Shown: one piece after another, positions 9,168-17,877 of the stretch
Position numbering within the stretch: position 1 is the first letter of the stretch
Layout of the letters: every line of letters begins with the position of its first letter
From: an uncultured Gammaproteobacteria bacterium
GTDB taxonomy: Bacteria > Patescibacteriota > Microgenomatia > Levybacterales > GWA1-39-11
NCBI GenBank assembly: GCA_964452165.1
Contig: CAYVKP010000001.1
Span: forward strand, 140,110 to 204,109
Reading direction: 5' to 3'
Length of the DNA stretch: 64,000 bases
The notes under the pieces: model-generated
What the model was told of the DNA's origin: nothing
The model's input: only the letters and a program-made list of their open reading frames with translations
Database searches by the model: none
Translations under genes and position numbers: made by a program

Positions 9168-9184
9168 ATCTCGTCCTCTCCGCA
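9151..9184 (+). repeat. Partial copy of the tRNA-Ser(UGA) 3' end (candidate att-site duplication or tRNA remnant)
   Basis: ctcttgaaaaag-tttgaatctcgtcctctccgca resembles the anticodon-loop segment (gtcttgaaaa) plus the T arm and acceptor 3' end (gttcgaatctcgccctctccgcca) of the tRNA at 8331..8420, about 740 bp upstream. Confidence 0.5.
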
Positions 9185-9201
9185 GATAATAATGCTATAA
9201 T

Positions 9202-10035
9202 TTGCCTATGGGTGAAATAGGCCTTTCTTTTGAAGAAGGCCAAAAATCAGGGTTAATATCTACGCCAACTCCGGAGACACCTTCCCCTAGATCTGAAATA
9301 CCCATCTTTCAACCAGAAGGTCTAATTGTAGCTGAAAATACAACGTCTCAAGATATAGATCAAGCGTCTCGCCTGAAAATACCTAAATTAAAAATAGGAC
9401 TACACTTAATAAGTAAAGGAGAGAAAGTTCTTGTTTCTTCGGGTATACAACCAGAAACAGCGATCATACACGCAGCGGAAAGATTAGCGCTGTTTAATTC
9501 ACTCAAGCTCAATGGATTTGACCCAATACTTTTTGAATCTGCCTGGAAATCAGACGAATCCTGGCCTGATAAAGAATACCGGCATTTAGACGTTCTAGGT
9601 AGGCAAGAAATCAAAAAAGAAGTCGCTTATAGTTCAGCTGGCAGACTGGCAGTGGAAGCGTATAGAAAAGGAAAACTTGACAGAATGGTAGGGCTAGATG
9701 CTTGGGTTAACGATGAGGACGAGACTAATGAGGCGGCAAAAGAAAACCTACGAAAAGATTCCTCTTCCTTGGTGGCAGCTGTCGATGAGGGTAGAGGCAA
9801 AGGACCAGTAAAAGATCCATCAGATTTCCTGCTTTTTTATACTGAATTTGACGAGTTAGTTCCTGCAAGTACAGCAACAATACCGGGAGCTAAAAACGTG
9901 GAAGTAAAAATACCCAAGATATTGCTTGAGGCGAAAAGACGGGGCTTACTTGAAGGGCCTTGGGTTCATAGGTTCGCAATTGGAGACAGACTGGTAAACG
10001 GAGGTCCACAAATGGCAAAACATTTTAGAGGCTAG
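9202..10035 (+). CDS. Hypothetical protein (atypical composition)
   Basis: 277 aa ORF, no recognisable motif; Arg/Glu/Gly-rich, unlike neighbouring Lys/Ile/Phe-rich proteins. Confidence 0.4.
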   Translation: MPMGEIGLSFEEGQKSGLISTPTPETPSPRSEIPIFQPEGLIVAENTTSQDIDQASRLKIPKLKIGLHLISKGEKVLVSSGIQPETAIIHAAERLALFNSLKLNGFDPILFESAWKSDESWPDKEYRHLDVLGRQEIKKEVAYSSAGRLAVEAYRKGKLDRMVGLDAWVNDEDETNEAAKENLRKDSSSLVAAVDEGRGKGPVKDPSDFLLFYTEFDELVPASTATIPGAKNVEVKIPKILLEAKRRGLLEGPWVHRFAIGDRLVNGGPQMAKHFRG

Positions 10036-10580
10036 GGTTTGAAAATTAGTGACAGGGCAAAGATTATAAAAGAGAGACCTACTACGTTTACCAGAGTTGA
10101 TATCATTACAAACTGATAACTTTTAAGCTTGTGAATCCCCATAAGATTTATTCCTACGTCATGTGGTACTGGCGTTAGAATTAAGATGGCCCCCAAAACA
10201 GGGAATAACCATCTAAAGTGTTTTGTTCTCAGGACATTGTGAAAGTGATTCTTACCGAACTTCTCATAGATTGGTGTAATTTCTGAGGCTAGTCCATCTT
10301 TTGCTAAATTAAAAATCGTAAAGTCTGCAGTTATTGCTCCAAGCGCTGCAACAATTGCAATATTTGCCAAGGAAAATTTTTCAGCCAGAATTAAAAGAAC
10401 CGTTGCGGCAAAAGGTGCAGCAAAAGTGGAAATGAAAATAAGGCCGGCAATAAAAGCAGCACCCAGTCCCATATGAAGAATAAATTCCTTGAAAGGCCCA
10501 AAGCTTCCTAAAGTGAAAGCAAAAATGAAGGCGATTATTAGGAAAGTTAGATTTTTAAATCTCCAAGAATTCCAATCCAT
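10032..10580 (-). CDS. Polytopic small membrane protein
   Basis: 182 aa with 4-5 hydrophobic helices. Confidence 0.4.
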   Translation of the reverse strand: MDWNSWRFKNLTFLIIAFIFAFTLGSFGPFKEFILHMGLGAAFIAGLIFISTFAAPFAATVLLILAEKFSLANIAIVAALGAITADFTIFNLAKDGLASEITPIYEKFGKNHFHNVLRTKHFRWLFPVLGAILILTPVPHDVGINLMGIHKLKSYQFVMISTLVNVVGLSFIIFALSLIFKP

Positions 10581-10625
10581 AAATTTAGTATAGCAAAATG
10601 CTTTAAATTTTAATAAACTGCATTC

Positions 10626-11054
10626 ATGATAGGATATTCGGCAGTACCACTCTATAAAAAACTAGGGTTGAAAGAAAACTCACGAATTATTTTTATAAAT
10701 GAGCCGGATAATTTTCTTTCAAAACTAGGTATAAAAATAAAAACCGAACAAAAACTTACGGGACAGTTTGATTATGTGCATTTCTTTACAAAATCTAAAG
10801 CAGAACTAGAAAAGTTTTTTCCTCAAATTCGAGATCATTTAAATGAAGGTGGAATGTTTTGGGTATCTTGGCCAAAAGGGAGTTTTGGGGTGACAACAGA
10901 TATCAATGAAAATATAATCCGAGAATCGGGTTTATCAAATGGGTTGGTTGATGTTAAGGTGGCGGCCATCGATGAAATTTGGTCCGGACTAAAATTCGTT
11001 TACAGACTGAAAGACAGGTTCCCATCAAGAAATCAAGAGTCTCACAAGATATAA
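10626..11054 (+). CDS. DUF3052-family protein
   Basis: 142 aa; MIGYSAVPLYKKLGLK...VHFFTKSKAELEKFFPQI...GMFWVSWPKGSFGVTTDINE...GLVDVKVAAIDEIWSGLKFVYR follows the DUF3052 consensus closely. Confidence 0.6.
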   Translation: MIGYSAVPLYKKLGLKENSRIIFINEPDNFLSKLGIKIKTEQKLTGQFDYVHFFTKSKAELEKFFPQIRDHLNEGGMFWVSWPKGSFGVTTDINENIIRESGLSNGLVDVKVAAIDEIWSGLKFVYRLKDRFPSRNQESHKI

Positions 11055-11246
11055 TCCCGTAAGCGCCGCTAAACTAAAAGATGCCATAACATTAATTTTT
11101 AGTGCCTTGTTCATAAATCCTTCGGTTTCGATCCCAAGTCTTCTTGCAGAACCGTTGACTCTGCAAAAATAGACCGCGTTATATGCGAAAATGGTCCCTG
11201 AAAAAATGAAAAAGGCAATGTAAGCTATCAATTTTGCGTACTCCAT
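11025..11246 (-). CDS. Small two-TM membrane protein
   Basis: 73 aa hydrophobic ORF; overlaps the end of the DUF3052 gene by 30 nt. Confidence 0.25.
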   Translation of the reverse strand: MEYAKLIAYIAFFIFSGTIFAYNAVYFCRVNGSARRLGIETEGFMNKALKINVMASFSLAALTGLYLVRLLIS

Positions 11247-11965
11247 GTTGTCTCACCTCCTCTCGGCGCAATTTTTTCCATGTATTTCCATTGTTTATCG
11301 CTACCGCTTCCTCTGAGGTACCAAATATCCTCTTTTTTAATTTCTGGTTTTAACGTGTGTCCTGTTGAAAACATCTCTTGTAAATAGTTTTCGACATTCT
11401 TTGGATCCTTGATGTAAGTCAGTGCGAACTCCTCCTGATGAGTGGGTCTGTCAAAAGTTATCACCACGTCTCCAACGTCTAGAAATTCATTAAGGAGTCC
11501 TTCAATTTTAGTATCTATTTCTGTGCACTTTACCTGATCTAGAAAAACTGCGTTTATTTGTCTTGAAAGCATCGGTCTAAAGGAAACCTCAATAATTTTT
11601 TTGTTAGTCACAACATACAAGTTGAAGTACCAATCGAAAACTGATCTTACGGCGAGGGTCGAAATGAATATAAATAGGGATAACAGGCTTAAGAATATTA
11701 CGAGAGGATAATCATCCGCATATTTGTAGGCGAAAGTTGAAGCTATAAGAAAGAGTATACCTATGGATAGAGCGATAGTTACAGGAAACATAAAAGTTCC
11801 CCAATGTTTTCGCTGGACCAAAATTAACTTCTCGTCCGGTAACGTAACGAATTTGTCTTCAATTGCTTTATATAAATCATTTTTACTCATACTACCTTTA
11901 TAAACCACAGAGAAGCGTAAATCAGTTAATAATGTTACAAATATAAGGTAGGAAACCTTACCCAA
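11228..11965 (-). CDS. Membrane protein with bacterial PH (bPH_2/YdbT-like) domain
   Basis: Two TM helices then a PH-like segment (YVVTNKKIIEVSFRPMLSRQINAVFLDQV...GDVVITF). Same architecture as 2720..3388. Confidence 0.5.
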   Translation of the reverse strand: MGKVSYLIFVTLLTDLRFSVVYKGSMSKNDLYKAIEDKFVTLPDEKLILVQRKHWGTFMFPVTIALSIGILFLIASTFAYKYADDYPLVIFLSLLSLFIFISTLAVRSVFDWYFNLYVVTNKKIIEVSFRPMLSRQINAVFLDQVKCTEIDTKIEGLLNEFLDVGDVVITFDRPTHQEEFALTYIKDPKNVENYLQEMFSTGHTLKPEIKKEDIWYLRGSGSDKQWKYMEKIAPRGGETTWSTQN

Positions 11966-12011
11966 AAATTGTAAGATTGCTTACATTTTACGCACGTGAT
12001 ATAATTGCTTT

Positions 12012-12668
12012 ATGGTAGGCCCAGCTGAGAAACTGGAATCATTTTTCTCACAATTTAGGCGCATAACTTACAAAAAACGTCAGCTAATTTTGCGGGCTGA
12101 TGATACTCCCTCCGGTGTTTACTTCCTACATAAAGGCTTCGTAAGGCTTTTTTCAATGTCTGAAACCGGTCAAGAACTAACGCTTATCATAGTCAAGCCG
12201 GGAGATTTATTTCCCATAAGGTGGGCGATCACCGGACAAAGACACAACTATTACTTTGAGGCTATTACTCCCGTTGAGGTTTCAAAAGCACCCAAAGACG
12301 ATTTCCTGAATTTTATAGAATCAAACCCAGAAGTTTTATATGACCTGTTTAATAATATTCTTGTTAGACTTGGAGGCTTACTCGAAAGAATGGAGTATTC
12401 AGTTTTTGGTAACGCATATCAAAAAGTTGCGTCCATTCTTGTTATTTGTGCTGAGAGGTTCGGTACGCAAAAAGGGTCGAAGTCTGTTATAAGAGTACCT
12501 CTTACACATAAAGATATAGCAAACTTAATTGGTTTAACACGAGAGACCACAAGTCTTGAAATAAAGAAACTTGAAAAAATTGGAATTTGCGGAAAGGAAG
12601 GAAGATTTATAGAGGTAAACAATATTGATAAACTCAAAAATGAAGCCAACTGGTACCAGTTTTCATAA
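12012..12668 (+). CDS. Crp/Fnr-family transcriptional regulator
   Basis: 218 aa; N-terminal cNMP-binding beta-roll; C-terminal HTH (THKDIANLIGLTRETTSLEIKKLEKIGI). Confidence 0.75.
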   Translation: MVGPAEKLESFFSQFRRITYKKRQLILRADDTPSGVYFLHKGFVRLFSMSETGQELTLIIVKPGDLFPIRWAITGQRHNYYFEAITPVEVSKAPKDDFLNFIESNPEVLYDLFNNILVRLGGLLERMEYSVFGNAYQKVASILVICAERFGTQKGSKSVIRVPLTHKDIANLIGLTRETTSLEIKKLEKIGICGKEGRFIEVNNIDKLKNEANWYQFS

Positions 12669-12713
12669 TATCTTCAACTTCCCTTTTTAACTACAAATTG
12701 CCATAATATATTT

Positions 12714-13541
12714 ATGTCTGCCCAAATAATTGTAATTAAGCGCGATGGCTCCCAGGTCCCCTTCGACGATTTGCGTGTTAAGCGATCTATGGAAAGATCA
12801 GGCGTCACACCCGAGTTGTTCGATAGGGTTATTGCTCACATCAAGGAAAGAGTTCAGAAGGATTACACTATAACAACCGACGAAATCTTCTATCACATTC
12901 GTGAATTCCTCGTGAATAAAGATAAAAAGAGTGCCTTAAGATTTAATTTGCGCCAGGCAATTTTTGAATTAGGTCCCACAGGTTTTCCTTTCGAACAGTA
13001 CTTGGCAGGGATTTTTAGAGATCATGGGTACCAGACTCAGGTAGATATCATATTAACCGGAGAGTGCGTAAGACATGAGATAGACATAATCCTTGAAAAA
13101 AACGGCAACAGAGAAATTGTTGAGGTAAAATTCCACAATCAACTTTTTGGAAAAACAGACGTGCAAGTTTTGCTGTATACGTACGCGAGGTTTCTTGATG
13201 TAAAAGAGAGAAACAATATGAGTGGTGTTTGGGTCGCAACAAATACCAAGTTAACGTCTGACGCAATCGCCTATGCAAATTGTAAGGGGGTAAAAGTTTT
13301 GGCGTGGAATTATCCTGAGGAGGAGAATCTCCGAGACTTTGTGGAAAAACCGAAGATGTACCCAATAACTATAATGACCGATTTAACAACTGAAGAAAAG
13401 AGGAGAATGATAGATAATAATGTGATCCTAACGTCAGACATCTTGAAGGTTTCAGATGTGGAATTTAAAGAAAAATATTTCATTGACCAGCAACGCAGCT
13501 TGCAGATCAGAAACGATGCAAAACTTCTAATTAATCCGTAG
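12714..13541 (+). CDS. ATP-cone domain protein fused to an Mrr-like (restriction endonuclease-fold) domain
   Basis: N-terminal IIVIKRDGSQVPFDDLRVKRSMERSGV...ITTDEIFYHIREFL matches the ATP-cone. The central FEQYLAGIFRDHGYQTQVDIILTGECVRHEIDIILEKNGNREIVEVKFHN matches the Mrr_cat core (D...E.K). Confidence 0.6.
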   Translation: MSAQIIVIKRDGSQVPFDDLRVKRSMERSGVTPELFDRVIAHIKERVQKDYTITTDEIFYHIREFLVNKDKKSALRFNLRQAIFELGPTGFPFEQYLAGIFRDHGYQTQVDIILTGECVRHEIDIILEKNGNREIVEVKFHNQLFGKTDVQVLLYTYARFLDVKERNNMSGVWVATNTKLTSDAIAYANCKGVKVLAWNYPEEENLRDFVEKPKMYPITIMTDLTTEEKRRMIDNNVILTSDILKVSDVEFKEKYFIDQQRSLQIRNDAKLLINP

Positions 13542-13575
13542 CCTTACGGCATTTTATTGAAATTTTAATATTTGT

Positions 13576-14079
13576 GTGCTAGTCTATGAACACATGAAAT
13601 TGCTTTCCCAAATTGTAAATCTGCTTCCTTTAGAAACTGCTTATGCACATTGCGATATTCCATGTGGAATCTACGATCCTCATGCCGCCCAAGTTGGGGC
13701 GCATACTATAATTCGTATGACGCAAATGCTTCTTGAAGTAAAGAGAGATAATGAGACCAAAGCAGAACATGATATTGCCCGCATGACTCATGTTAAGGAA
13801 GAGCACGGACATCTGATTGAGGACGAGCTTGGTACTCTTGATAACGATTATTTCAAGCCGGAGCACCACGAGAGATATCCAGAGTTGGCAGAATTGATAA
13901 AGTCAGCAGTTAAACTATCGGTTGCTGTAAGACAAGGAATTGATGCAAAAGCAGCAAATGATTTACTTGAGAAGGTTTTGCAGATCGCCGAAATATTTTA
14001 CAAAACAAAAAATCTAACTCCTGTTCGCGTTCCCTCATGGTATCCGACCGGAGCCGAGATGGTTGTGCCCCAGAAATAA
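13576..14079 (+). CDS. sodN: Nickel superoxide dismutase precursor (Ni-SOD)
   Basis: A 24-aa leader is followed by HCDIPCGIYDP (the Ni-hook HCDLPCGVYDP). Downstream DYFKPEHHERYPELAELIKSAVKLS parallels Streptomyces SodN. The next gene is a SodX-type peptidase. Confidence 0.85.
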   Translation: MLVYEHMKLLSQIVNLLPLETAYAHCDIPCGIYDPHAAQVGAHTIIRMTQMLLEVKRDNETKAEHDIARMTHVKEEHGHLIEDELGTLDNDYFKPEHHERYPELAELIKSAVKLSVAVRQGIDAKAANDLLEKVLQIAEIFYKTKNLTPVRVPSWYPTGAEMVVPQK

Positions 14080-14367
14080 ATGCTTCTTGGAATTTTTAAA
14101 GTTTCAGGTCACAGTATGATGCCAAATTACAAACCCGATGACTTGGTTTTAGTAAGTAAAATTCCTTACCTTATATCAAGTCCGGCAGAAGAAGACGTGA
14201 TTTTATTTAAACATCGTAGCAAGGTTTTGATTAAGCGGATTAAGAAAATACGTGCTGGAAAACTTCAAACTTCAGGTGATAACGAAAAGGATAGTCTCGC
14301 TATAAAGCCCATAATTAAAGAACAAATTCTGGGAAAGGTTTTGTTTAGGATCAAAAGTAGTTTATAA
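14080..14367 (+). CDS. sodX: Ni-SOD maturation peptidase SodX (S26 signal-peptidase family)
   Basis: 95 aa; SGHSMMPNY catalytic-Ser motif of S26 peptidases. Its start abuts the sodN stop (TAAATG). Confidence 0.75.
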   Translation: MLLGIFKVSGHSMMPNYKPDDLVLVSKIPYLISSPAEEDVILFKHRSKVLIKRIKKIRAGKLQTSGDNEKDSLAIKPIIKEQILGKVLFRIKSSL

Positions 14368-14382
14368 TAATCATCTTGCAGC

Positions 14383-14919
14383 ATGTTCATTTTAATCAAC
14401 GCCTTTTTTGGAGTTATAGTCGCTTTATCCCTGGTTGTTTTGTGGTGGGTTTGGCCCCCTGATAGTCCGTGGAGTCCTTGGTGGAGAACAAATTCTGAAA
14501 AAGCTCGGGCAGGCGGAAAACTTGCTAAGATAAATTCAAGAGACGTTGTATATGAATTGGGAAGTGGAGATGCAAATTTTTTAGTCGCAGTATCTAAGAA
14601 ATTCAGTTCAAAAGGGGTGGGCATAGAAATTGATTATCTTAGGCACTTAACCGGAAAGTTAAATGTTGTAAAGAATAAACTTTCACAAAAGATTGATTTG
14701 AAACGGGGCAACTTCTTTAAGTATAATTTATCTTCAGCTACAGTGGTTTTTGTATATCTTGTTCCAAGAGTTCTTGAAAATCTGAAACCAAAGCTATCAA
14801 AAGATTTAAAAAAAGGAACAAGAATAGTGAGTTATAAATACAAATTTAAAAGTGATAATAAAATAAAATTTGTTAAATCAGACAGTAAGAGCGAGATGTA
14901 TTTATATAGGGTTGTTTAA
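14383..14919 (+). CDS. Membrane-anchored class I SAM-dependent methyltransferase
   Basis: N-terminal TM helix; motif I YELGSGDANFL; Rossmann-like remainder. Confidence 0.5.
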   Translation: MFILINAFFGVIVALSLVVLWWVWPPDSPWSPWWRTNSEKARAGGKLAKINSRDVVYELGSGDANFLVAVSKKFSSKGVGIEIDYLRHLTGKLNVVKNKLSQKIDLKRGNFFKYNLSSATVVFVYLVPRVLENLKPKLSKDLKKGTRIVSYKYKFKSDNKIKFVKSDSKSEMYLYRVV

Positions 14920-14923
14920 TTTT

Positions 14924-15967
14924 TTATCCGAGAGATTTTTTAATTTTGAGCGCAGCCCATCTTATTTTATCGGCTATTTTGTAAATTTCATAAGCTGCGG
15001 GTTTAATGACCAGATCAAAACTGCCGACAAACTCAACAAGTTCTGCGCCGTATCCTTCTTTAAATCTATGGAAACCGTACCACGGATCATTTTTGTCCGG
15101 ATTTTCGCTTAATGCTCCCCACATATCGAAATATTTCAGCCCCAGTTTTTTTCCAAGCCTAATTGCTTCCCAGGCGACTAAATTGTTTGCCATCGTCTCG
15201 CGATGCTGACGACTGCTTGCGCCATATGGATAGTAAAGATGATCTTTGAAAACAAACAAAACCCAGGACGTTATAGTTTGTTCATCACCATTTTCAGGTT
15301 TATAGAGCGCATTTAATAAATGGTAGGATAGACTGTTTTCTTTCGTCTTCTTTTCAACTACCTCAAAAAGATTCTTATGATAACTTGGGGTGTGTGCATA
15401 AAATCCTTGACGGCTTGTTGTCTCATTCATTAATTTAAGGTATTGTTCAAAGCTTTCTCTGGAGTTGTTTTCTTCCACTCTGACCTTGTGTTTTTGAGCA
15501 ACCCTTATGTTATAGCGAGTTTTTGAATGCATTTTTGATAGTATCTCTTCTTCGGACGGAACAAGATCTAAAACGAAAGTGTATTTCGTAAAAAGAGGGT
15601 GTGCAGCAATTGGGAGTTTATACTTAGTGCTCAACGGTTTCTGTCTAGCACCTAATTTAACGTTTGGTTCAAGTTGAATAAAGACGCAACTTTCCTGCGT
15701 GCCAATTCTGTATAATTCTTCAAGAAGTTGCTCATCCGGATTTTCTCCTTTTGGCAAGTATCCAATATAGAATTTAGTCTTAGGTATTTTATGTAAAGTT
15801 AAGGTGAACCCATCAACGATCTTTCCACTTTTAACCAGTGCTCTGCGAATAACTTTGACACCGGTTTTTTTTCTAAATTCCCCCCATTCAAAACTTTGCA
15901 AAGGGTGGTTTACCACTTTATTAAAATCTTCCTTTTGATCTGCTGTTACATCAATAAACTCATTCAT
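14924..15967 (-). CDS. FemAB-family peptidyl/aminoacyl transferase (peptidoglycan interpeptide bridge formation)
   Basis: 347 aa; FemAB/MurM-like N-terminus (HPLQSFEWGEFRKKTGVKVIR) and C-terminal GNAT-like half (YHLL...YYPYGASS). Confidence 0.7.
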   Translation of the reverse strand: MNEFIDVTADQKEDFNKVVNHPLQSFEWGEFRKKTGVKVIRRALVKSGKIVDGFTLTLHKIPKTKFYIGYLPKGENPDEQLLEELYRIGTQESCVFIQLEPNVKLGARQKPLSTKYKLPIAAHPLFTKYTFVLDLVPSEEEILSKMHSKTRYNIRVAQKHKVRVEENNSRESFEQYLKLMNETTSRQGFYAHTPSYHKNLFEVVEKKTKENSLSYHLLNALYKPENGDEQTITSWVLFVFKDHLYYPYGASSRQHRETMANNLVAWEAIRLGKKLGLKYFDMWGALSENPDKNDPWYGFHRFKEGYGAELVEFVGSFDLVIKPAAYEIYKIADKIRWAALKIKKSLG

Positions 15968-17811
15968 AAGAAACTAGGTTCATCAGTAATTCTATCAAGA
16001 TAATTGTTTTTAAGAACTTCTTCCGGCAGTTCATAGACAAATCGTGATATTTGGTTACTTACTATCTGACCAAAGTATAATCTCCTTTTCGCAAAAGTTA
16101 AATATAGTTTTTCTTTTGCCCTTGTAATTCCAACGTAACAAAGTCTTCTTTCTTCCTCAAGTTCCCCTGAATCGAGTAGCGATTGACTGTGTGGGAATAA
16201 TCCCTCTTCCATTCCTACTATAAATACCGCATTGAACTCAAGTCCTTTTGCCGCATGCATTGTCATGAAGGTTACAGCGTCGGGATTTTTGCCTAAGCTC
16301 TTATCCGGCATATATTCTTGCTCAACAAGCGCAACGTTTTCCAAGAATTGGTCAAGTCTTGGAAACTCAATTGCAACCGAACGGAGTTCTTTAATGTTTT
16401 CTATTCTGGGTTTATCCTCCGGATCATTTTCATCGTAGAGCTCAACGTAAGCAGTTTTATTTAATACAGCATCTACTATCTCGGTTGTTGAATTTTTTTC
16501 AGCATATCCATTTTGGTTAAATTCCTCAACGTACTTTGCAAATTTTTCAAATCTTTTTTTGCCTATTTTTGTTATTCTCTTTAATGCAACTTTATTCTTA
16601 GGATTTGCAAGGTATGACAGATAGGATAGAATATCTTTTATCTCGCGTCTTTCATAAAACCTCACCCCCCCAACCAGTATGTAGGGAATGCCATTATGTA
16701 GGAATGTTTCCTCAAGGGCACGAGATTGGGCATTAGTACGATACAAAATAGCAAAATCAGAAAATTTTAGATTCGGATTTTTTGTTTTCCCCTCAAGTAT
16801 TTGTTGGATTATAAATTCGGCTTCGGAGTGTTCGTTTTCTGCCTGAAAAATAACAATCTCCTCCCCTTCATGATTTTGGGTCCAAAGGGATAGCACCGGG
16901 TGCTGCGTGTTGTTTGAGATGACTGAGTGTGCGGCATCTAAGATCTTTTGAGTGGAGCGATAGTTTTGTGATAGGGGAAAAGTTTTACTTTCCGGAAAGT
17001 CCCTTTTGAATTTCTCCAGATTTCTAAAGTCTGCTCCGCGGAATGAATAAATGCTTTGGGAAAAATCCCCAACTATACAGATATTGCGATTTTTTCCTCC
17101 AAGAAGTTTTGTCAATTGATATTGAGCCTCGTTGGTATCTTGATACTCATCAACCATTACATATGAGAATCTATCTTGATAGAGCGAAAGAGTTATTGGG
17201 CTTTTTTTAAATAATTCTATGGTTTTATTTAACAAATCATCAAAATCCAGCGCCTCGTGATCTGCCAGCAGGCCCTGGTAAACCGGATAAACTTTGGCTA
17301 CTATTTCTTGAAAATAACCCCTGGCAAATGATTCGTAAGAATCAGGCGCTATCATTTGGTTCTTTGCTTGAGAAATTGTTGCAAGAACTGCTCTAGGCTT
17401 GACTTCCTTGGGAGAGATATCCAGAAACGAAAAAGCTTCCTTGATTATCTCAAGTTGATCTTGATCGTCGAATATCTGAAATCCAGGAGTAATTCCTATT
17501 TCTCTTCCATCACGTCTAAGTATTTTACTGCAGATTGAATGAAAGGTTCCAACAAGAGGTTTATCGGGTATTTTATACTGGGCAAATACTTTTGTAATTC
17601 TGGAGATCATTTCTCCGGCAGCTTTATTGGTAAAAGTTACTAGAAGAATATTTGACGGATTTATTTTTTTCTCAATGACTAGGTACAAAACTCTTTGAAC
17701 AAGAACACGGGTTTTCCCTGACCCTGCGCCTGCGAGTACAATCATTGGACCATCAGTATTAACGACTGCATCCTTCTGTTCGCTATTTAATTTATTGAGA
17801 ATGTTTTCCAT
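15964..17811 (-). CDS. uvrD: ATP-dependent DNA helicase UvrD/PcrA
   Basis: Starts MENILNKLNSEQKDAVVNTDGPMIVLAGAGSGKTRVLVQR (Walker A). Also FTNKAAGEM, the DEYQDTN Walker B and further UvrD motifs. The ORF-track version extends 54 codons upstream into apparently non-coding sequence, so the start was placed at 17811. Confidence 0.9.
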   Translation of the reverse strand: MENILNKLNSEQKDAVVNTDGPMIVLAGAGSGKTRVLVQRVLYLVIEKKINPSNILLVTFTNKAAGEMISRITKVFAQYKIPDKPLVGTFHSICSKILRRDGREIGITPGFQIFDDQDQLEIIKEAFSFLDISPKEVKPRAVLATISQAKNQMIAPDSYESFARGYFQEIVAKVYPVYQGLLADHEALDFDDLLNKTIELFKKSPITLSLYQDRFSYVMVDEYQDTNEAQYQLTKLLGGKNRNICIVGDFSQSIYSFRGADFRNLEKFKRDFPESKTFPLSQNYRSTQKILDAAHSVISNNTQHPVLSLWTQNHEGEEIVIFQAENEHSEAEFIIQQILEGKTKNPNLKFSDFAILYRTNAQSRALEETFLHNGIPYILVGGVRFYERREIKDILSYLSYLANPKNKVALKRITKIGKKRFEKFAKYVEEFNQNGYAEKNSTTEIVDAVLNKTAYVELYDENDPEDKPRIENIKELRSVAIEFPRLDQFLENVALVEQEYMPDKSLGKNPDAVTFMTMHAAKGLEFNAVFIVGMEEGLFPHSQSLLDSGELEEERRLCYVGITRAKEKLYLTFAKRRLYFGQIVSNQISRFVYELPEEVLKNNYLDRITDEPSFL

Positions 17812-17877
17812 AACGCTTATAATTAATTTCAGCCTATCAAAAAGGCGTATGCGAGGAAGTATCTTCAATTGTAACAT

